From an archaeon (GTDB lineage Archaea; Nanobdellota; Nanobdellia; Pacearchaeales; GW2011-AR1): DNA of 64,000 nt. The stretch is taken from the NCBI GenBank assembly GCA_018694115.1, contig JABHNB010000007.1:1700-65699 (forward strand). The letters are read 5' to 3'. Both the position numbers and the translations under genes were made by a program. Below, piece by piece: positions 1 to 10,700 of this stretch (position 1 is the stretch's first letter; every line of letters starts with the position of its first letter). The notes below the pieces were generated by a model. That model was given only the letters and a program-made list of their open reading frames with translations, was not told the origin of the DNA and made no database searches.

Positions 1-1995
1 AACAGTGATTGTAGCAGCATCTTGCTGAACATCTACTAAACTTCCTCGCTTTGTAGAAACAAGAGAAGTGACAGCACCCATAAACTCGATAGGGGCTTCA
101 ATTTGATGAACCTGAACTGGCTCGAAGATAGTTGGAGAGGCACTTCTAAAGGCTCCCTTAATTGAATCTCTAACCGCAGGGTAAACCTGGGCAGGACCAC
201 GGTGGATTGCATCCTCATGTAATTTCATATCAACAACTGAAATCTTCATCTTATGGCAAGGTTCTCGTGATAATGGGCCCGCATCCATAACTTGCTCAAA
301 GGCATCTAAAAGCAATTCAATAACTTCACCGATCTGAACAATACCCTTAGTCTTATCCAAGAAAACGCAACCCTTGTAAATATTTCGATATTGCTGTGCC
401 TCATCTCGAGAAATTCCTAATTCAACCAAAGTCTCATTCAAAGTCTTGTCCTTTTTCTTGATTCGTCCTTCAGGAAGTTTTGCCTCAGCAATAGCCTCAC
501 TAATTGAATCCTCTAGTGGCTCAACAGTAATAAAGAAACTATTATGTTTATTAGGAGAACGACCTTCTGCAGGGCTAGATGCCTTAACAACAGATTCTCT
601 GAAAACGACAATTGGAGGACCCATTTCAATTTCTAATCCCTTCTCAGTCTTGATTCTATTTTCGATAATTTCTAAATGTAATTCACCCATACCAGACATC
701 AAAGATTCTCCAGTCTCTTCATTAATTTCAATTCTCAAAGAAGGATCTTCCTTTCCAACCTGCCTTAAAACTTCAATCAACTTTGGCAAATCTGCAGTTC
801 TCTTTGCAGAAATAGACTTAGTAACTACAGGCTCAAATAAATGACTGATAGCTTCGAATGGCTCAATTGGATTCTTAGAAACAGTCTCTCCAACAACAAC
901 ATCCCTTAAACCAACAATACCCACAATATTTCCTGCAACAACCTCATCAAGCTGAACCCTCTGTGCACCCTTGTAAATCGAAACCTGTTGAACTCTAACA
1001 GTTTTGTTAGCAATGTTCATATGTAACTCATCACCTTGTTTAATCCTTCCACCAAAAAGTCGTCCAGCTGCAACTTCACCAGCATGAGGATCAATAACAA
1101 TCTTAATTGGAACAAAGGCTACTTCGCCATCAATATTACAAGCCATCAAATCCTTAGCGGCATCACTCTCCAAATCACCATGCCAGATCTTTGGAATTCT
1201 ATATTCCTGAGCATCAACAGGGTTAGGGTGATTATCAACAACCATATTCAAAACAACCTCGTGGATTGGGGCCTTCTTAGCTAACTCTTTGTAAACTTCA
1301 CCACCGGCCTCGTAAGAATCAATAATTTCCTTAAATGAAATATTCTTCTTCTTCATGTAGGGAATAGACAAAGCCCAGTTATGAAAAGCCGAACCAAACG
1401 CAACAGATCCATCTGCAACAGAAACTTGCCATTTCTCACCATATCCTGGTTCCGCAATCTTCATGATCAATTTGTTTACATCATTAATAATATCAATAAA
1501 TCTTTTCTGCATTTCTTCAGGAGTCAATTTAACTTCCCTAATCAATCTATCAACCTTGTTAATAAAAAGGATAGGTTTTACTCTTTCTTTCAAAGCCTGT
1601 CTAAGAACAGTTTCTGTTTGGGGCATAATTCCTTCGGAAGCACAAGTCAAAACAATTGCACCATCAACAGCCCTCATTGCCCGAGTAACATCTCCACCGA
1701 AATCAACGTGTCCAGGAGTATCAATCAAATTAATCAAATAATCTGAGCCCTCAACAGTATGGACCATACTTACCGAAGCAGAATCAATAGTAATCCCTCG
1801 CTCAGTTTCATCTTCATGAAAATCAAGTGTTCTAGCCTTACCTGCAAGAGCCTCACTCATCATTCCGGCACCTGCCAATAAGTTATCCGAAAAAGTAGTC
1901 TTACCGTGGTCGATATGCGCTGCAATAGCTATGTTTCTAATTTGCTTAGGATTCTTTTGTAATTCCTTAACCTTTTCTGTTTGATCTTGTGCCAT
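1..1995 (-). CDS. fusA: Translation elongation factor EF-2 (3' end truncated by window start; absent from the ORF track)
   Basis: Manual translation from ATG at 1995: MAQDQTEKVKELQKNPKQIRNIAIAAHIDHGKTT...ERGITI...LIDTPGHVDF...INKVDR; diphthamide-loop LHEDAIHRGPAQ present; follows rps12-rps7. Confidence 0.97.
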   Translation of the reverse strand, partial: MAQDQTEKVKELQKNPKQIRNIAIAAHIDHGKTTFSDNLLAGAGMMSEALAGKARTLDFHEDETERGITIDSASVSMVHTVEGSDYLINLIDTPGHVDFGGDVTRAMRAVDGAIVLTCASEGIMPQTETVLRQALKERVKPILFINKVDRLIREVKLTPEEMQKRFIDIINDVNKLIMKIAEPGYGEKWQVSVADGSVAFGSAFHNWALSIPYMKKKNISFKEIIDSYEAGGEVYKELAKKAPIHEVVLNMVVDNHPNPVDAQEYRIPKIWHGDLESDAAKDLMACNIDGEVAFVPIKIVIDPHAGEVAAGRLFGGRIKQGDELHMNIANKTVRVQQVSIYKGAQRVQLDEVVAGNIVGIVGLRDVVVGETVSKNPIEPFEAISHLFEPVVTKSISAKRTADLPKLIEVLRQVGKEDPSLRIEINEETGESLMSGMGELHLEIIENRIKTEKGLEIEMGPPIVVFRESVVKASSPAEGRSPNKHNSFFITVEPLEDSISEAIAEAKLPEGRIKKKDKTLNETLVELGISRDEAQQYRNIYKGCVFLDKTKGIVQIGEVIELLLDAFEQVMDAGPLSREPCHKMKISVVDMKLHEDAIHRGPAQVYPAVRDSIKGAFRSASPTIFEPVQVHQIEAPIEFMGAVTSLVSTKRGSLVDVQQDAATITV

Positions 1996-2070
1996 TTTTT
2001 TGTTTTTGAATAAATGGAGTTATGAAAATCTTTGATTTTCTTGTGCCATTTTTTTTGTTTTTGTATAAAT
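1985..2070. repeat. Direct repeat (about 31 bp, 54-bp period) duplicating the EF-2 leader and first codons
   Basis: tcttgtgccat-T6-gtttttg-aataaat at 1985-2015 versus tcttgtgccat-T7-gtttttg-tataaat at 2039-2070. Confidence 0.85.
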
Positions 2071-2101
2071 TTATTATATAATGATTATATAAAACTTGTC
2101 C

Positions 2102-2698
2102 TTAACGTGCAGCATCTGCTTGCTTCTCTGCATCATTTCTCTTAGAGATAGCATAGCTTTCCGAGGAACCTTCCGCAGCAGCCATTATTTCTTTTGCAAG
2201 AGATTCTACAATTGTAGCCTTCTTATTGAAAGCTTTATCATAAGAACCATTAGCGATATATCTTAAAACTAAATTCAATCTTCTTCTTGGAGAAACATCA
2301 ACTGCTTGAGGATATCTTGCACCACCATATTCGATTGCAGTAACTTCATCCCGAGGAGAACCATTCTCAATCGCCTTAACAAAAACCTTCAAGGGATTCT
2401 CACCAGTTTTCTTTTCAATAATCTTAAACGCATCAATCACAATCTTTGTACATCTCGCTTGCTTTCCAGTTATCCAACTAGTAATAATTCTATGCTTCTT
2501 ACCTCGAGATCCAGGAACCTGTAAAAGATTAATCAATCTTTCAACAACATTAACTTTTGTTCTAGCAGGATCCCACTTAATTCGCCCATGAGATTTCAAC
2601 ATTAACTTAGAATTAAGATTTACAACCTTCTTCAATCCGGGATCTTCAACCCTAACTTCCGAAGCATCGAATAAACCAAAGATCTTCATCTGTACCAT
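2102..2698 (-). CDS. rps7: 30S ribosomal protein uS7
   Basis: ENPLKVFVKAIENGSPRDE...YPQAVDVSPRRRLNLVLRYI; S12-S7-EF2 synteny. Confidence 0.96.
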   Translation of the reverse strand: MVQMKIFGLFDASEVRVEDPGLKKVVNLNSKLMLKSHGRIKWDPARTKVNVVERLINLLQVPGSRGKKHRIITSWITGKQARCTKIVIDAFKIIEKKTGENPLKVFVKAIENGSPRDEVTAIEYGGARYPQAVDVSPRRRLNLVLRYIANGSYDKAFNKKATIVESLAKEIMAAAEGSSESYAISKRNDAEKQADAAR

Positions 2699-3120
2699 TA
2701 TCTTCTACCCTTCTCGATCTTACCTGTCCACAATCTTGACAATGGCTGATCATTTACTTTAGTAACATGAAATCGGACACCGGACAAGTCTCCTTTTGTT
2801 CGACCTTGCTTACCACCAATTCTTTCGATTATAACTTCATCATGTTCATCAACAAACTTCTGTGCTAAGTTTCCCGGAATAAAAGCTGTAACTTCTTTAC
2901 CGCTCTTAATTAACTGAACCCTGCAACATTTTCTCATAGCCGAGTTAGGCTGCTTCGCTTCTTTTTGAATTTTCTTTGTAACAATTCCTTTAGCTTGTGC
3001 TGCTCGCCCAAGTGGATCAAACTTCAAACTAATCCCAAGTCGCTTCTTTTTATCAGGCAACTTGCTATCTCTGAATTTCTTTCTTTTATTCTTTAATTTT
3101 CGTGCATTCATTAATCCCAT
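2698..3120 (-). CDS. rps12: 30S ribosomal protein uS12
   Basis: [33 protein letters not shown] archaeal uS12 motifs. Confidence 0.97.
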   Translation of the reverse strand: MGLMNARKLKNKRKKFRDSKLPDKKKRLGISLKFDPLGRAAQAKGIVTKKIQKEAKQPNSAMRKCCRVQLIKSGKEVTAFIPGNLAQKFVDEHDEVIIERIGGKQGRTKGDLSGVRFHVTKVNDQPLSRLWTGKIEKGRR

Positions 3121-3198
3121 CTTAATATAATCTAGGCGAAAATTCGGTTTATAAACCTTTTCGCCAAAAACTTATTGCAAAATATTCCTCAAATTACC

Positions 3199-3495
3199 CT
3201 ATTTGTCGTCCCGACGATAAAATTCTTCCTTATTCTTATGGGGAACTAAATGTTTAATCTGATCAAAATCCTCGTCACCAATAGGCTTACAATTTTTACA
3301 TGGACGATAACCACAAAGAACTGCTGCCTCCAAGTCTTTGAAGAAAACTCTATTCTCTTTTTTCATACGCATTCCAGATTTACAATCCAGGGTTCCAAAA
3401 ATCTTCATCTTACGGTATCCAGCAAGCTCTCCAGGAACAGAACTTTCAACAATACCTTCTGGAGTCAACAAGTGATATAATTTCCTTTTAGCCAT
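3199..3495 (-). CDS. Ada-like metal-binding (Zn finger) domain protein
   Basis: KIFGTLDCKSG...ENRVFF..LEAAVLCGYRPCKNCKP matches the Ada N-terminal domain pattern (GFRPCKRC). Confidence 0.75.
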   Translation of the reverse strand: MAKRKLYHLLTPEGIVESSVPGELAGYRKMKIFGTLDCKSGMRMKKENRVFFKDLEAAVLCGYRPCKNCKPIGDEDFDQIKHLVPHKNKEEFYRRDDK

Positions 3496-3542
3496 AAAAA
3501 AGAGGAATGTAAGAAGTTTATATTACTTACTAAATAAAAATA

Positions 3543-3968
3543 TTATGCGATCCTCAACCTTGTAATTCCAAAATAATTCTTCAAAACTTCAGATAATTCT
3601 TTCTCACGAGATCTATTTCGTCCAATCAACGCAGCCTTACTCTGTCTACCCGCAGAAATAACCACTGAACTGTCTTTAACTTCAACACCATTAAACTCAA
3701 TTGGGGCAACAACAGCCTCGATAAACTTAGCAATTCCTTCTCTGCTATCCTTTTCTGGCATAGCAACGACCTTGATCCTTTTCCGCAGAATAGTGTTCAA
3801 TTTCTTAACATTGGTTGCATCCTTACCAATCGCTAAAGAAACCTTAGCTTTTGGAACTGCAAAAACAATCACATTATTATAAACAAAACATTTAGTGGTA
3901 GAAACACGCGAAACTTTAGAGAATAAATTCAAGTACCTCATCGACTGCATATCAATAGTTCCAGCCAT
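3543..3968 (-). CDS. nusA: Archaeal NusA (KH domains)
   Basis: SLAIGKDATNVKKL, KAALIGRNRSR KH motifs; position after rpoA-L30e. Confidence 0.9.
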   Translation of the reverse strand: MAGTIDMQSMRYLNLFSKVSRVSTTKCFVYNNVIVFAVPKAKVSLAIGKDATNVKKLNTILRKRIKVVAMPEKDSREGIAKFIEAVVAPIEFNGVEVKDSSVVISAGRQSKAALIGRNRSREKELSEVLKNYFGITRLRIA

Positions 3969-3969
3969 A

Positions 3970-4206
3970 TTACTTCAAGGAAAAAACTTCGCACTCAAAA
4001 TCGAGATTTAATTCTTTAGCCAAATCTTCCTTTGACTTCAAAACACTAAACTCAATCTTTGCAGCCTCTAATTTTTCAACAGTTTCATCTCGAGTATCTC
4101 TACAAATAAAAACACTCTTTAACTTCTTAGGATTCTTCAAGGCTTGCCTAACTCCGAAAAAAACCGTTCCGTTTTCCATAGCGTCTCTTATTTCTTTTAT
4201 ACTCAT
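3970..4206 (-). CDS. rpl30e: 50S ribosomal protein eL30 (short, divergent)
   Basis: GTVFFGVRQALK L7Ae/L30e-type start; canonical position between rpoA'' and nusA. Confidence 0.7.
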   Translation of the reverse strand: MSIKEIRDAMENGTVFFGVRQALKNPKKLKSVFICRDTRDETVEKLEAAKIEFSVLKSKEDLAKELNLDFECEVFSLK

Positions 4207-4238
4207 ATTAACACATCAAAAAGATCTTTATTTAAATC

Positions 4239-7200
4239 TTACTCCTTCTTCTTACTACCTGCTTTACTAGTAGAAATTTCTGCTTTCTTAACTTTCTTAA
4301 CAATTTTTCCGCTAGCATCCTTCTGATCTGCCAGAGGCCCAGTAACCTTAATTAATAGTCCTGGAAGACCAGTACCTACTGGAACAGGTTGATTCAAAAT
4401 AATATTCTCGATCACCGACGCTAAACGGTCCTTCTTACCAGTCTTAGTCGCCTGAACAAACTGAGGAACTGGAGTTTCGAAAGAAGCCCTAGCTAAAATA
4501 GAACTCTTATCGGAAATAATTCCCATTCGAGTAATTCCCTTAACAACACCGGACGCAGTCATTGTATCTGCAATAAGCATAGCATGCTTTCCTGCCACAG
4601 CAAGACCCTGGGAATCAATAACCTTATTGATTTCATTAATTATAGATTGTCGTGCAGCTTCAATACCCAAGACACTTGAAATTTCATGGATATCATTTGT
4701 GAAAACCTTATCAACATTAACACCTTTGAAAGCCAAAATATCCTTTAGGTTAGATCCTGCAGTCAAGATAACATAATCTCTTTCTCGCTTTACAACTAAA
4801 ACTTGGTTGATCTTCTTAATACCTGTCAGAATAACTTCCTTGATCTTCTCCTTAGTCTTATAAATTTCCTTAAAGTCTTCCTTAGACATATCAAGAACTA
4901 ATCCGTCAGATGACTTCTTAACCAAAAAACCCTTATCATTCAGAACATCGACTACCTTATCTATCCCAATATGTGCAGTTTTTAATAATTTAGAATCGAT
5001 ACCAATCTTAACTTTCTTAGAACCAAAATCAATCGCAACATCAGACATAATTTCTTTTAGTTTAACTTCCTTAATCTTTTCTGCGACAACCCTTGCATCC
5101 TTTTCATTATTGTGTGCCTTGTCTAAATAAATTTCCATTGCAGGAGTCTTAGGTAATTTTCTAGCATCCAAAATTTCAATTAGTCGAGGAAGACCTTGCG
5201 TAACCTGCATTTCTGCAACACCTGCCGAATGGAATACATTAAGAACCATCTGAGTTGAAGCTTCACCGAAAGATTGAGCAGTTACAACACCAATTGATTC
5301 TCCGGGAGCAACCTTTTGCTTCTTATGTTCTGCAGAAACATCAAGACCATCAAGACCATAAACAAATTGAACAATGTTATTTGATGCATCTCGGACAGTA
5401 CCATCATAAGCCATGATCAAATCCTGTAAAGCATTAGCCAATCTTCGGTATAAATAACCGGATTTAGGAGTTCTCAAAGCAGTATCCATCAGACCATCTC
5501 GACCAGTCATTGCACCAAAGAATAATTCTTCAGGTTTCATACCTTCTAAAAATGAACTCTCAATAAATCCCCTTGCTTTAGGAGATAAATCGCCCTTCTC
5601 GAAAACCGGTAGTGTTCTTTCAGTATAACCAAAATCGATTCTCTTACCATTCAATACTTGCTGTCCAACAGAACAAGCCATTTGGGTAATATTCAACATA
5701 CTACCTCCGGCACCAGAATTAATCATCTTATTAGCCAAATTATCTTTAGGGAAATTATCCTTTACAACATCTCCAATTTCAGTTCGAGTCTCGTTTAATA
5801 CTTGCAAAATTCTAATTTCTCGGGTCTCTGCGGAATTCTTACCAGGTAACAATTCTAAACTTCCATCGTAGAAGCTCTCAATAATCTTTTGTGTTTTCTT
5901 CTCCGCAACTTCGATAACTTCCTTAGTCTTATCCTTAATCTTTCCGGAAACACCAAGATCATTTGCAGATAATGTAAATCCATTTCTAGATAAGAAAGTC
6001 GTACCCAAAGCAAAAACCTTTCTCAATAATTCCATAGTCTCTTCACGTCCAAGAGCACTATCTGCTTTTCTTAAAATTCCACCCTTACCGGTCTTAAAAT
6101 CAGTAGAATCAATCTTAACTCCCTGTAATTCTTTAGGAATTAGTTTAGCAAAGACATCCTTACCCTCATTTTCCTTAGATAACCCACTAACCTCTGCACC
6201 TGCAGAATACAATAGCTGGCTTGCTTCATCCTTAGGCAAAGTAGACAAACTTAACAGATAATTACCGCTAACAGCGTCTTTAACACAACCCATTAAATTC
6301 ATATTATTCTTAGGCGAGAATAGATTATTATTAACATTCAAAAGCACTTTCGCTTCCGATCTAGCTTCCTCAGTCTGAGGTCCATGAATATTCATTTCGT
6401 CCCCATCAAAATCTGCATTGTAAGGATTACATGCTGCAGGATGAACTCTAAATGTTCTCCCAGGAAGGACTCTAACATAATGTGCCATCAACGAAGCCCT
6501 ATGCAAAGAAGGATGTCGATTGAATAAAACTATATCTCCATCAACAAGGTGTCTTTCTACAATATATCCTGGCTCAAGTTCCTCTGAAAGGTCTTCTTTA
6601 AGATCTGAAGTAATTCTTTTTCGCTTACCGTCGGCTCGAAGAATATAATTAGCTCCAGGGTATCCTTCTGCTAAAACTAAACTTTTCATTCGCTTCATAT
6701 TAAGAGAAGTAACCCTTTCAGCCACAGTCAGAATTCTTGCAACCTCGAAAGGAATACCGACTTCATTAATCTTCAAGTTAGGATCCGGGGAAATAACAGT
6801 TCGGGCAGAGAAATTAACTCTCTTACCTGCCAAGTTCTTTCTAATTCGGCCTTCTTTACCTTTAATTCTTTCAGTAATAGTTTTCAAAGGCTGACCACTT
6901 CTATGTCTCGCAGGCGGAATTCTTGCGATAGAGTTATCAAAGAATGTTGTAACATGATATTGTAATAAATCCCAAAGATCTTCAATAATAACTTCAGGGG
7001 CACCTGCGTTCAAGTTCTCCCAAAGCCTCTGATTAGATCTAATAATATCTGATAACTTATGGGTAAGATCATCTTCCGATCTCTCACCAGATTCTAATGT
7101 AATGGAGGGTCGAACAGTAACTGGGGGAACCATTAATAGAGTCAAAATAGCCCATTCAGGTCTTAGTGTTTTTGCATTAATTCCCAGAACCTTCAAATCT

Positions 7201-7718
7201 TCATCGGGAACCTTAACCAATCTTTCCCTAATCTCCGAAGGAAAAAGTCTCCTACGTCCACTTCTAAATGTAGATGGTTTCTCGATTCTAATTTTTTCTT
7301 GGATAATTCCACAATGAGGGCACTTCTTTCCATCCTTTGCTTTCTTAATTCTTCCCTTCAAGTCCTTACTCAAATCTTTTTCAGCCGCAATTAAAACTTT
7401 TCCACAAGCTTCACAAGTAGATCTTAAAACCAAATCAATAATTGGCAAATACTTAATATGAACTAAAGGTCGAGCTAATTCAATCACACCAGGATGACCA
7501 AGACATTCTTTTAATCGTCCACCACAAGTTCTACATCGAACCCCTGGATCAATAGCTCCAAGACGCAAGTCCATCAAACCACCATCTACAGGATATCCAT
7601 CAACATCATAAAGTTCAGGAGTTACAATCTTTGCAACGCTTAACTTCTTAACTTGTTCAGGACTAAGTAAATGAAAAGTCATTTCCTTAATCTGTTTTTT
7701 TACCGGTCCGTTTACCAT
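4239..7718 (-). CDS. rpoA1: RNA polymerase subunit A, fused A'/A'' (Rpo1)
   Basis: Catalytic YNADFDGDEMN, Zn motifs CRTC..C..H; the A''-type segment PGESIGVVTAQSFGEASTQMVLNVFH is in the same ORF. Confidence 0.97.
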   Translation of the reverse strand: MVNGPVKKQIKEMTFHLLSPEQVKKLSVAKIVTPELYDVDGYPVDGGLMDLRLGAIDPGVRCRTCGGRLKECLGHPGVIELARPLVHIKYLPIIDLVLRSTCEACGKVLIAAEKDLSKDLKGRIKKAKDGKKCPHCGIIQEKIRIEKPSTFRSGRRRLFPSEIRERLVKVPDEDLKVLGINAKTLRPEWAILTLLMVPPVTVRPSITLESGERSEDDLTHKLSDIIRSNQRLWENLNAGAPEVIIEDLWDLLQYHVTTFFDNSIARIPPARHRSGQPLKTITERIKGKEGRIRKNLAGKRVNFSARTVISPDPNLKINEVGIPFEVARILTVAERVTSLNMKRMKSLVLAEGYPGANYILRADGKRKRITSDLKEDLSEELEPGYIVERHLVDGDIVLFNRHPSLHRASLMAHYVRVLPGRTFRVHPAACNPYNADFDGDEMNIHGPQTEEARSEAKVLLNVNNNLFSPKNNMNLMGCVKDAVSGNYLLSLSTLPKDEASQLLYSAGAEVSGLSKENEGKDVFAKLIPKELQGVKIDSTDFKTGKGGILRKADSALGREETMELLRKVFALGTTFLSRNGFTLSANDLGVSGKIKDKTKEVIEVAEKKTQKIIESFYDGSLELLPGKNSAETREIRILQVLNETRTEIGDVVKDNFPKDNLANKMINSGAGGSMLNITQMACSVGQQVLNGKRIDFGYTERTLPVFEKGDLSPKARGFIESSFLEGMKPEELFFGAMTGRDGLMDTALRTPKSGYLYRRLANALQDLIMAYDGTVRDASNNIVQFVYGLDGLDVSAEHKKQKVAPGESIGVVTAQSFGEASTQMVLNVFHSAGVAEMQVTQGLPRLIEILDARKLPKTPAMEIYLDKAHNNEKDARVVAEKIKEVKLKEIMSDVAIDFGSKKVKIGIDSKLLKTAHIGIDKVVDVLNDKGFLVKKSSDGLVLDMSKEDFKEIYKTKEKIKEVILTGIKKINQVLVVKRERDYVILTAGSNLKDILAFKGVNVDKVFTNDIHEISSVLGIEAARQSIINEINKVIDSQGLAVAGKHAMLIADTMTASGVVKGITRMGIISDKSSILARASFETPVPQFVQATKTGKKDRLASVIENIILNQPVPVGTGLPGLLIKVTGPLADQKDASGKIVKKVKKAEISTSKAGSKKKE

Positions 7719-7719
7719 T

Positions 7720-10700
7720 TTATCTATCGTATTTATTCTTTAGTTCAAATTTAGTTAATAAGTGTAATCCCTGTAATTCTTCAATCAATAACTTGAATGC
7801 ATAAGAAACCTCGACAGGCTCAACTTGATTAGAATGGCAAAGCGAACAAACTTTCTTGTTATGAATTTGGTCGTCAATAACAAGACTTCCACACTTAGAA
7901 CAAATATTAACCACAACCTTATCAGAATCATATCGCTCCTTCAATAATAATGACGCACCATGACCTACCAAAGCTTGCTGCTCCATTTCACCAAGTCTCA
8001 AAGCACCACCACGTGAACGACCTTCAACCGGTTGTCGAGTTAATAATGCAATCTTACCAGATGCTCGTGCGTGCACCTTATCTGCAACCATATACTTCAA
8101 TTTCAAATAGAACATGCTTCCAATAAAGATCTTTATTGGCATCTTCTTTCCAGTCACACCATGGTACATAATTTCCTTACCACTTTCCCTAAATCCTAAT
8201 TCCTTCAACTGATTTTCTAAGCTATCAACGGTCTCTCCAGAGAATGGGGAGGCATCTACTACCTTTCCAGATAATGAAGCAACCTTTCCAGCTAAGACAT
8301 CCATCAAATATGCAACAGTCATACGGGATGGAAGACCATGAGGGTTGAAAATCATATCTGGCCGAACACCATTAGCTGTAAATGGAATATCTTCTTCATT
8401 TGCAAGAAGTCCAACAACTCCCTTTTGACCATGAGGACAAGAAAACTTATCTCCTAATTCTGGAATTCTTAATTCTCTAGTTCTAACCTGAATAATCTTA
8501 TTTCCTTCTTTGTCCTGAGTAACAAAAACAGCGTCGATAGTTCCATGTTCCTCTTGCTTAATCGCAGAAGAATTTTCTTTCTTAGTTTGAATTGAAATTT
8601 CCCTAGCTTCTGAAAGAAACTTTGGAGGTGAGATCTTACCAATAACTACTTCCCCTTCAATTACTTCAGCTTCAGGATAAATAATACCATCATCTTCTAA
8701 AAATCTATAACTTTCTTCAGTTCTATATCCAGAAACATCCTTCTCAGGAATCATAATCTCATCCTTTAATCCACCAGCATAATTCAACTCAACAGAAACA
8801 TAAGGCCTAAACCGAGAACTTCTAGCGAACCCCATGTCAACAGAAGCTTTATTCAAAACAATTGCATCCTCAACATTGTAACCTTCATGAGGCATAACAG
8901 CAAGAACAACATTCTGTCCAACAGGATGAACGTTTAATGTATCATAAACAAAACTTCGAACCAATGGCCTTTGGGGATAATGTAAAATAGAAACGTCTGT
9001 ATCAACTCTTACTGGGAAATTACCTGCATAGATACCAAGACCCTGTCTATATGCTCTTGAACCACCCTTAACCATACGTGCAGGAGGATTATGATTAGCA
9101 TAAGGAATCATAGATACGCTAACTCCCAAAATATCAATTTGATCAATTTCCAAATGTGTATGTTCTGGAGTTAATGATTCATCATCTAATGCAATATAAC
9201 AATCATCCTCTTCAGAAGCATCAAGATATTCAATAAGGCCTTCCTTAATCAAATCATTCCAATCTAGAGAACCATCTGCAACTAATTTCAAATGTTCTTC
9301 CTTCAATCTAGGAACTCCACTATCAACAATAATTAAAGGTCTTAGAACTCTTCCAATTTCTGAAGTTAAGAAAACAGTATCTAAAAAGCTTTCATACTTT
9401 ACAGACATTTCCATAGGTAACTTGCTTGTTCTTCGTGCTTCCTTAACCTGATTAACAAAAGATTCTGGATCATCAATAACACCAATAAATCGTCCATTGT
9501 AAAAAATATCAATCTTTCCTTCACCCTGACTTAATCCCGCTTCCTCCAAAACAGCAAGAACTTCCTGGTGCTCAATTGAAACTCTAGTTGAAATTCTAGC
9601 TAACAAAGCCAAATTCTTCCTCAAACCAATTTCAGTACCTTCAGGAGTTTCAATAGGACAGAATCTTCCAAAATGTGTTGGATGAACAGTTCTAGCTGCA
9701 AAATTTTCCTGCTCTCCAGGAAGAGTAGAGGAAACCCTCTGCAGTTGGGACATAATTGCAAAAGAATTATTCTTATCCATATTCTGAGTCACACCAGTTC
9801 GCTCACCAATCCAAGAACCAGTAGCAATTGCGGACTCAATACGATGAGTAAATAGTGTAGACTTCGCAATAGTCTTAATAGAATAAAATTTTCGCCTCTT
9901 TACAGTCTTCTGAAGAGTATGCTGAATCTCCCTCAAAAGAATATTAATATTAACCCTAAATAAATCAGCAAGCAAATCACCAGACAATCTAACTCTCTTG
10001 TTTGCATAATGATCTTTATCAGTCATAGAATCTTCAGGGTGTTCCTTAGCAACATAAAATTGTTTGATAAATTTACACAGAGTCTTAGCCTTCTCAAGAC
10101 GAGAGGCCTTATCCAAACCAATGTGAGGCAAGAAATAAGAATCAATTCTTTGCTTTACTCGATCAAGCATTTCCTTGTTTGTACCTTGCAAAGAACTTCG
10201 CTCAGCAATATCCATCAAAGCATCATTCACATTTGCAATTCCCGCAAACTCGAAAAGATTAACAATTAAACTGTCAGTCTGCTTCCCAATCAACTTAGAG
10301 ATCTCTGCATCAGAAGTCAAGCCAAGAGCCTTCAAAAGAATAATCGCAGGAATATCTCTGAATCGAGAAAATGTAATTTCTAAAATACCTGTAGGATTCT
10401 CAACAAGTGAAACCGGAATCTTGTAAGCTCCCCTCTGAGAAAATAATCTTAAAAATAATCTATTCTTGACCTTCTGACGCTCAATGAATGTCTGATTAGA
10501 TGCAAGATCCTCTGCCATAACCATAACTCTCTCATTACCATTAATCAAGAAGTATCCCCCTTGATCCTTTGGATCAATATAATTCTTGATCAATTCTTCC
10601 TCATTCAAATCTGCAAGATTACAAGAATTACTTTTAATCATTATTGGGATTCGTCCAAGTTGAACATCCTCAGTTTCAACCTGTCCTGCATAATTGATTG

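Noticed and set aside
190-240. Altered diphthamide site in EF-2
   Set aside because: The HEDAIHRG motif with the target His is intact; nothing unusual.
36-1746. ORF-track entries within the EF-2 region (36..218, 446..844, 1036..1284, 1381..1746, 1463..1741)
   Set aside because: Shadow ORFs, antisense to or out of frame with EF-2, which the track missed because its stop lies outside the window.
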